A stretch of 64,000 nucleotides of DNA, from NCBI GenBank assembly GCA_963804185.1, contig CAWDPM010000001.1, positions 60,822-124,821 of the forward strand, written 5' to 3'. Shown one piece after another: positions 58,040 through 64,000 of the stretch (within the stretch, counting starts at the first letter, position 1; every line of letters starts with the position of its first letter). The translations under genes were made by a program, and so were the position numbers. Below the pieces are notes generated by a model. It saw only the letters and a list, made by a program, of their open reading frames with translations, had not been told where the DNA came from and did no database searches. The DNA comes from an uncultured Candidatus Rokubacteria bacterium. Its GTDB lineage: Bacteria; Methylomirabilota; Methylomirabilia; Rokubacteriales; DASRDR01.

Positions 58040-59880
58040 TCACGGAAGCTCGACCGGGTCGATGTCGACCCCGAGCCGCGTCCTCCCCAGGCGGCGCCGG
58101 CCGCGAAGGGGCTCGAGAATCGCGGCCACCGCCGCCGGGAGCTCGGCTCCTCCCAGGAGCACGACCTGGGTGCGGCCTCCCGCGAGCGCCGCCGGCCCCA
58201 GGACCATGGCCCCCGCTGCGAGCCCGCGCGCGGCCAGGTCCTCGGCCAGCCGGGCGGCGTCCGGCCCCTGGAGGAGCAATCGCGCCATCCGGCGCGCCGG
58301 CGGATAGCCCAGCTCCTGGCGCTCGGCCCACTCCGCCTCGTAGAACCGCTCGGGCCTGCCCAGGGCAACCGCCAGGAGCGCCGGATGCTCCGGCAGGAAG
58401 GACTGGAGCCATGCGCTGCCTCCCGGCTCGACGGACTCGGCCAGGCGCCATCCCAGCTGGAAGGTCCGCTCGGCCGCTCGGAAGTCCGGCAGGTTCAGCG
58501 TCGCGTCGGCGAGCACGAGGGCCCCGACGGCGACCGGGCGCTCCTCCGCCAGGCGCAGCGCCATCGTGGTGCCCACGAGCACCCGAGCCGCTCCCGAGTG
58601 GAACGCCGCCCGCGCCGCCGCGGCAGCATCCGGGGCCACAGTGGAATCATAGCGAATCGACCCGGGCCTCGGGGAACGTCCGCCGCGCCTCTGCCTCCAG
58701 CCGCTCCGTTCCCCAGCCGAGCGGCTGGAGCCGCCGGCCACGACAGCGGGCGCAGAGGCTGGCCGCCGGGATCCTCCGACCGCACAGCCGGCACGCGAGC
58801 GCGCGCGTCTCGCGGTGGTAGAGAAGCGCCAGCCGACAGCGCCCGCAGCGACGCACGGCCCCGCAGTCGGCGCAGGCCAGGGTCCGGGCGAAGCCGAGGC
58901 GGTTGAGGACGAGGAGCACAGATCCGCCGCGACCGAGCGCCTCTCGCGCCGCATCGCGGAGACCCGGAGACAGGCTCGCCTCCCCCGCGTGACCGGCGCC
59001 CAGCGCCACGCGCTCGACGGTCGGCCGTGAACCCGACGCCTCGGGCGCCCACGCGAGCCCGCCCCGGCGAGCGGCCACCCAGCTCTCGAGGCTCGGCGCG
59101 GAGCTCGTCAGCAGGCTCGCACCTCCCTCGCGCCGGACCCGCTCGAGCGCCAGGTCCCGGGCGTGCCAGCGCGGCGCGTCGGGGGCCTTGTGCGCGGGAT
59201 CCTCCTCGTCGACGACGACCGTCAGTCCGAGCGGCGCCAGCGGGAGCCACGCGGCCACACGCGTGCCGACCGCCACTCGCGCTTGGCGCTGACGGCACGC
59301 CCACCACGCGGCCCAGCGCTCGCGCGGGGAGGCGGCGCTCGTGACGAGGCGCACCGGCTCGCCGACGCGCGTCTCGAGCCGGCGGGCCCAGGCTCGCGCC
59401 TGCTCGATCTCCGGGGCGAGGAGCAGGACGCTCCCGCCGGTGGCGAGCGTCTCCGCGACCCCACGCTCGACGCGGTCCCCGCGCCCTCTCCCGGTGACGA
59501 GCCGCGCGGGGCCGGGGGAGCACGGTGGGGGGAGCGGCGGCACCTCGTGCGGGGCGCCTCCGCGGAGGCCCGGGGGGAACGCCCGGAACACGGCCTCGCC
59601 CCACGCGCTCGCCGTCTCTCCCGCGGCCCAGCGCGCGAGGTCGAGCAGCGCCGGCGTCAGCGCGGGAACAGGATCGAGAACAGCGACGACCGGCTCGAGG
59701 GCGTTCCCTTCTCCCGGCTCGACGGCGACCACGACCGCCAGGCGCGGCCGACCGCGAAACGGGACGCGCACCCGCTGTCCGGGGACCACGCGTCCGTCGA
59801 GCTCGGGCGGGACGCGATAGGTGAAGGCGTGCGGAACGGGGAGGTCGGTGACGACGTGGGCGAGCAGGGGATCGGGCCTC
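58040..59880 (-). CDS. priA: PriA-like primosomal protein with degenerate helicase motifs; one frameshift as sequenced and an unresolved start
   Basis: VVTDLPVPHAFTYRVP (3'BD/WH), VTGRGRGDRV in place of VTGSGKTEVY, VVVDEEDPAHK in place of DEEH, the Cys-rich cluster CADCG..CGRC...CRLCG...CARC, then GTTM...LPDFRAAERTFQL. Frame shift near 58650. No ATG/GTG/TTG lies just upstream of the first conserved residues. Confidence 0.75.
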
Positions 59881-60580
59881 AGGCGCCCGCCGGCACCTGG
59901 CCCCGGACCCGGTCGTACTCGCGTCGGATGAGCTTGAGGTCGTCGTACGCCTGGCGCCGATACGCCGGGCCGGGGTTCCGCAAGAGGAACGCCGGATGGA
60001 AGATCGGGATCACGACCGCCCCGCCCAGCGGGTGCAACCGGCCGCGCAGTCGGCTGATCGGCTCCCGCGTCCGGAGCAGCTGCTGGGCAGCGAACGTGCC
60101 CATCGCGCAGATCACGCCCGGCTGGATGGCGGCGAGCTGCCCGGCCAGGAACGGCGCGCACGCCGCGATCTCTTCGGGCTCGGGGTTCCGGTTTCCCGGC
60201 GGCCGGCACTTCACGATGTTGCAGATGTAGACCTCCTCGCGCGTGATGCCCACGGACTCGAGCATCTTCGTGAGGAGCTGACCGGCGCGGCCCACGAAGG
60301 GCTTCCCCTGGCGGTCCTCCTCCTCGCCCGGGCCCTCGCCGATGAGCACGAGCCGCGCCTCCGGGGCGCCGGCCCCGAAGACGATCGTGGTCCGTCCCCG
60401 GGAGAGCTTGCAACGCGTGCACCCGACGCTGGCCGCCTCCACTCGCCGGAGAGCCGCCGGGGCCCCCCCGAGGGGCTCGCCGGCGAGCGGCAGGTCCCGG
60501 ACGCCGAGCGCCTGGTGGAATCGCAGGTGGTCGGCCAGGGCGCGGGCGACCCCCGCGAGGCCGATGGGGTCGGCCGTCAC
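59879..60580 (-). CDS. uracil-DNA glycosylase, family 4
   Basis: GTG 60580 gives 233 aa: GCTRCKLSRGRTTIVFGAG...LIGEGPGEEED...ICNIVKCRPPGNR...FHPAFLLRNP. It overlaps the coaBC stop (GTGA). Confidence 0.85.
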   Translation of the reverse strand: MTADPIGLAGVARALADHLRFHQALGVRDLPLAGEPLGGAPAALRRVEAASVGCTRCKLSRGRTTIVFGAGAPEARLVLIGEGPGEEEDRQGKPFVGRAGQLLTKMLESVGITREEVYICNIVKCRPPGNRNPEPEEIAACAPFLAGQLAAIQPGVICAMGTFAAQQLLRTREPISRLRGRLHPLGGAVVIPIFHPAFLLRNPGPAYRRQAYDDLKLIRREYDRVRGQVPAGA

Positions 60581-61815
60581 GTCAGCCTCGCCTGGGGCTC
60601 GCGCACGGCGCGGCGAAGCTCCTGGACGCGGTCCAGGATCCGGTCGGCCACCTCGCCCTTGCTCTGGCGGGGCACGGCCACGACGCCGCCCCAGCGGTCG
60701 AACAGGACGACCTCGTTGTTGGCCGCGTCGAAACCGATGTCGGCGCGGCTCACGTCGTTCGCGACGAGGAGATCCACGCCCTTGGCGACGAGCTTGGCGC
60801 GGGCGCGCTCGTGAAGCTCCTGGGTTTCCGCCGCGAACCCGACGAGGAAGCGGGCTCCCTTCCGGCGGGAAAGCTCCCGGAGAATGTCGGGCGTCGGGGC
60901 GAGGTCCAGCATGAGCCCGTCCTGCTTTCCGCGGATCTTCTCGTCCGCGGGGCGGGCCGCCTGGTAGTCCGCCACCGCCGCGGCCTTGATCACGATCGTC
61001 GCGGTCTCGGCGGCGTGAAGGACCGCGTCGCGCATCTCGAGCGCGCTCTCTACCGGGATCACCCGGACCCCGGGCGGCGGCGCCAGGTGGGTCGGCCCGG
61101 TGACCAAGGTCACCGCCGCGCCCCGCCGCGCGGCCTGCGCCGCGATCGCGTACCCCATCCGCCCCGACGAGCGATTGGTGAGGTAGCGGACGGGGTCGAG
61201 CGGCTCCCGCGTGGGCCCGGCGGTGACGAGGACATGGTCGTCGGCGAGATCGCGCCGCGGCCACAGGAGACGCACGACGGCCTCCACGAGATCCGCGATC
61301 TCGGGGAACCGGCCCTGGCCATGGAGGCCAGAAGCCAGGTCGCCATGCCCGGGCTCCAGCACGGTCGCTCCGCGGGCCCGGAGGGTCGCCACGTGGGCCT
61401 GGACCGCCGGGTGCTCCCACATGCCCCCGTCCATGGCGGGGGCGAACAGCACCGGGCCGCGAACGGCGAGGAGCAGCGTCCCGAGGAAGTCGTCGGCGAG
61501 CCCGAGCGCCGCGCGGGCCAGCGCGTGCGCCGTGGCCGGCGCGACGATGGTGAGATCCGCGCGCTCGGCGAGCGCCACGTGCTCCACTGCCGCGGGCTCC
61601 TGGGGGTCGAACAGGTCCGTCAGCACGGGCCGGCCGGAGAGCGTCCGGAAGGTCAGGGGCGCCACGAACTCGCGTGCGTGGGCCGTCATCACGACGGTGA
61701 CACAAGCCTCCGCGCGCCGAAGCTCGCGGAGAAGGTACGCCGCCTTGTAGGCGGCGATGCTGCCCGTGACGGCGAGGATCAGCTCGCGGCCGGCCAGCAT
61801 CGCCCGCGTCTCCAA
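60577..61815 (-). CDS. coaBC: bifunctional phosphopantothenoylcysteine decarboxylase / synthetase
   Basis: 412 aa, ILAVTGSIAAYKAAYLLREL...PAMDGGMW...LVTAGPTREPLDPVRYLTNRSSGRMG.... Confidence 0.92.
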   Translation of the reverse strand: METRAMLAGRELILAVTGSIAAYKAAYLLRELRRAEACVTVVMTAHAREFVAPLTFRTLSGRPVLTDLFDPQEPAAVEHVALAERADLTIVAPATAHALARAALGLADDFLGTLLLAVRGPVLFAPAMDGGMWEHPAVQAHVATLRARGATVLEPGHGDLASGLHGQGRFPEIADLVEAVVRLLWPRRDLADDHVLVTAGPTREPLDPVRYLTNRSSGRMGYAIAAQAARRGAAVTLVTGPTHLAPPPGVRVIPVESALEMRDAVLHAAETATIVIKAAAVADYQAARPADEKIRGKQDGLMLDLAPTPDILRELSRRKGARFLVGFAAETQELHERARAKLVAKGVDLLVANDVSRADIGFDAANNEVVLFDRWGGVVAVPRQSKGEVADRILDRVQELRRAVREPQARLT

Positions 61816-61827
61816 GCGTCCGACGGC

Positions 61828-62052
61828 TCAGGCCGCGGGCGGAGCGGCCTCGACCTTGTCCTCCGGCTTCTTCGGCTGGATCTTGCCGCCGATGACCTCT
61901 TCCAGCGCCACCGAGGTCCACTTCCGGCGCTTCGTCTCGACCTGGGGCTGCGCGCCCCGGTTGAGCTGTCGGCTCCGCTTCGCGGCGAGCACGACGAGCA
62001 CGTAGCGGTTGGAGATCTGCTCGAGACACTTTTCCAGCGACGGGAACGACAT
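61828..62052 (-). CDS. rpoZ: DNA-directed RNA polymerase subunit omega
   Basis: 74 aa, ...SNRYVLVVLAAKRSRQL.... Confidence 0.85.
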   Translation of the reverse strand: MSFPSLEKCLEQISNRYVLVVLAAKRSRQLNRGAQPQVETKRRKWTSVALEEVIGGKIQPKKPEDKVEAAPPAA

Positions 62053-62708
62053 CAGGCTGCACCTCCTGGGAGAGTCGCCTGGACTCCCCCGCCCACCGGG
62101 AGATCCGGCAGGGTCAGCGTGAGACGGGACGTCCGGCAGCGCTCGGCCTCAATGATACACGCGAGCAGCCGCAGAGCCTCGTCAAGATGGCGGTTGACGA
62201 TCACGTAGTCGTACTCGCGCCAGGCGGCGATCTCATCCACCGCCCGCGCGAGGCGGCGCCCGATCTCCCGTGGCGCATCCGACTTGCGTTCCTTGAGCCG
62301 CGCCTCGAGCTCCCGCATCGACGGAGCGACCACGAAGACGTAGAGACCCTGGGGGTAGCGTGCCCGGAGCTGCCGGGCGCCCTGCGTGTCGATGTCGAGG
62401 AGGATATCCTCCCCTCGGTCCAGCACGGTCTCCAGCGTCCGGGCGGCGGTGCCGTACAGGTGGCCGTGCACGCGGGCCCACTCGGCGAACTCGCCCCGGT
62501 CCACCATCTGCTGGAACACGGGCTCGGAGACGAACTGGTAGGCCTGCCCCTGGATCTCTCCGGGTCGCGGGCTGCGAGTCGTGTAGGAGACGGAGTAGGA
62601 GAGGTTCGCCACGGTCTTGCGGATCTCTTGGCACAGGGTGGTCTTCCCGGCCCCCGAGGGGGCCGAGACCACGATGAGCATCCCTCGGCGCGGCGACGCG
62701 GCGGTCAC
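62052..62708 (-). CDS. gmk: guanylate kinase
   Basis: LIVVSAPSGAGKTTL...SVSYTTRSPRPGE.... GTG 62708 overlaps the yicC-family stop; the internal ATG (MLIVV) is also possible. Confidence 0.9.
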   Translation of the reverse strand: MTAASPRRGMLIVVSAPSGAGKTTLCQEIRKTVANLSYSVSYTTRSPRPGEIQGQAYQFVSEPVFQQMVDRGEFAEWARVHGHLYGTAARTLETVLDRGEDILLDIDTQGARQLRARYPQGLYVFVVAPSMRELEARLKERKSDAPREIGRRLARAVDEIAAWREYDYVIVNRHLDEALRLLACIIEAERCRTSRLTLTLPDLPVGGGVQATLPGGAA

Positions 62709-63589
62709 TCGACGTTCTGCACTTGTTCCCGGATGCGCTCGACCAGGGTCCGCGCCTCGAGGACACGCGCGACCAGCTCGGCATCGTCCGCCTTCGACGC
62801 GATCGTGTTGACCTCCCGGTGGAGCTCCTGGGTCACGAAGTCCAGCTGCCGGCCCGCGGGGCCGCCCTCCGCCAGAAGGGCCCCGAACTGCGCGAGGTGG
62901 GAACCGAGCCGGGCGAGCTCCTCGGCGACGTCGCTCCGCGCCGCCCACGTTGCCACCTCTTGAGCGAGCCGACCGGGATCCGCCGGCGTCTCGCCGAGGA
63001 TCGCCTGGACACGCTCCCGCAGGCGCGCCTGGATCCGCGCGAGCGCGGCGGGGAGCAGCCCGTCGACCGCCTGCACCCAGGCGCCGAGAGCGTCCACGTG
63101 GGAACCGAGGTCGCGCGCCAGCGCGGCCCCTTCGGTCTGACGCATCCGGCACAGCTCGTCGAGCGCCTCGGTGACGGCGGTCTTGAGGAGGAACGCGCCC
63201 TCGCCGTCTTCCTCCTCGGCGTCCTCCACCGTGACGACACCCGGGAGACGGAGCAGGTCCCCGACGGACACCTCGGACCCGACGCCGGCCACCTCGCCCA
63301 GGGCACGCGCGCCCCGGGCGTAGGCGAGGCCGAGGGCGATGTCGGTCCGGACGGTCGGGACGGCCGCCGCGGCACGGCGCAGGGTCACGGTCACATCCAC
63401 GCGGCCACGCGCGACTCGCCCCTGGACCAGCCGGCGGACCTCGGGCTCGCTGCCGGCGAGGCCGCGGGGAAGCTTGACGCTGGTCTCGAAGAACCGGTGA
63501 TTGAGGGAGCGCGCTTCGGCGATCAGGGCGACGCGCGCACCCCGGGCCTCGCCCCGTCCGTACCCCGTCATGCTGACAACCAGGCCCAT
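62705..63589 (-). CDS. YicC-family stress-induced protein
   Basis: ATG 63589 gives MGLVVSMTGYGRGEA...; C-terminal part is GRQLDFVTQELHREVNTIASKA.... Confidence 0.85.
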   Translation of the reverse strand: MGLVVSMTGYGRGEARGARVALIAEARSLNHRFFETSVKLPRGLAGSEPEVRRLVQGRVARGRVDVTVTLRRAAAAVPTVRTDIALGLAYARGARALGEVAGVGSEVSVGDLLRLPGVVTVEDAEEEDGEGAFLLKTAVTEALDELCRMRQTEGAALARDLGSHVDALGAWVQAVDGLLPAALARIQARLRERVQAILGETPADPGRLAQEVATWAARSDVAEELARLGSHLAQFGALLAEGGPAGRQLDFVTQELHREVNTIASKADDAELVARVLEARTLVERIREQVQNVE

Positions 63590-63813
63590 GGAAATTCCTG
63601 TCATGCTAGCCGAAGCCGTCACGGGGTGTCAACGCGCCCGCCGCACCCCCGAGGCCGAGATGGCCGAAAAAACATGCAATGTCCACGCGTTGTTACGCCG
63701 GCCTGTCAATTGCGCACGGTCTGGCCATGGGGCCCGGATCTCGCCGAGAAACAGGTTCAGACGGCGTACTGTTAGTCTGAAGGAGAGAGGGATGAAGAGG
63801 AGAGACGCAGCCG

Positions 63814-64000
63814 GTGCCACAAGTCATGGAGGGCCGTGCCCTCGGCGGCTACCGCGTGTACCTCCGGTTCAAGGATGGCGTGGAGGGGGAGGTCGATCTC
63901 CGGCCGATCCTGATGCCGTTCAGGGGCGTCTTTGCCGAGCTCAAGGACCCGAAGAAGTTCGCCAAGCTCTGGGTCGACCTCGAAGCGGCGACGATCGTCT
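63814..64000 (+). CDS. DUF2442-like small protein (3' end beyond window)
   Basis: (V)PQVMEGRALGGYRVYLRFKDGVEGEVDLRPILMPFRGVFAELKDPKKFAKLWVDLEAATIV. The start is GTG 63814 or ATG 63826. The family call comes from a remembered pattern only. Confidence 0.5.
   Translation, partial: MPQVMEGRALGGYRVYLRFKDGVEGEVDLRPILMPFRGVFAELKDPKKFAKLWVDLEAATIV

Overview
High-GC (roughly 68-70%) bacterial chromosome segment, almost entirely coding. I found no rRNA, tRNA, CRISPR array, transposase or integrase. (1) 1-19.4 kb, all on the minus strand, is a type IV pilus cluster: receiver-pilB-pilT-pilC-[sigma54 promoter]-pilin ... pilD-GGDEF-pilV/W/X-like minor pilins-pilM-pilN-pilO. It is split right after the pilin gene by a 6.7 kb glycosylation-type module: GT2, a SAM methyltransferase, an ArnT/PMT-like GT-C protein and two paralogous polytopic membrane proteins. 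This is my best candidate for an undescribed system, a pilin-dedicated periplasmic glycosylation pathway. (2) 19.5-28.6 kb carries macro-domain, mazG and DUF1844 genes, then dnaK-dnaJ-hspR and a DksA/TraR zinc finger coupled to lon. (3) 28.6-43.4 kb is mixed accessory content: an SLT transglycosylase followed by a 125-bp tandem array seeded from its own 3' end, nitroreductase, GNAT, a DUF4124-retropepsin protein, comM, a histidine kinase, SCO1, three tandem Tat-signal SBP paralogues plus a 51-nt gene relic, a 0.9 kb lower-GC gap, an F420-type LLM oxidoreductase, phoD and yraN. (4) 43.4-44.7 kb is a DUF4238 gene plus two tandem-repeat families inserted into the conserved ffh-rpsP-rimM-trmD-rplS-rnhB-yraN block. 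(5) 49-52.8 kb is divergent ku / ligD (NHEJ). (6) 52.9-64 kb is housekeeping: dinB-family, DUF72, rpe, rsmB, fmt, def, priA, udg, coaBC, rpoZ, gmk, yicC and a DUF2442 fragment. Two patterns cut across the window. About 25 reading-frame disruptions, mostly +1 bases in short G/C runs plus one in-frame TAG, cluster at 24.2-25.7 kb and 50.7-58.7 kb. Short tandem duplications also span the 3' ends and stop codons of several CDS. Many long track ORFs are GC-driven shadow frames and were ignored. All functional calls come from reading the translations by eye; no database search was run.
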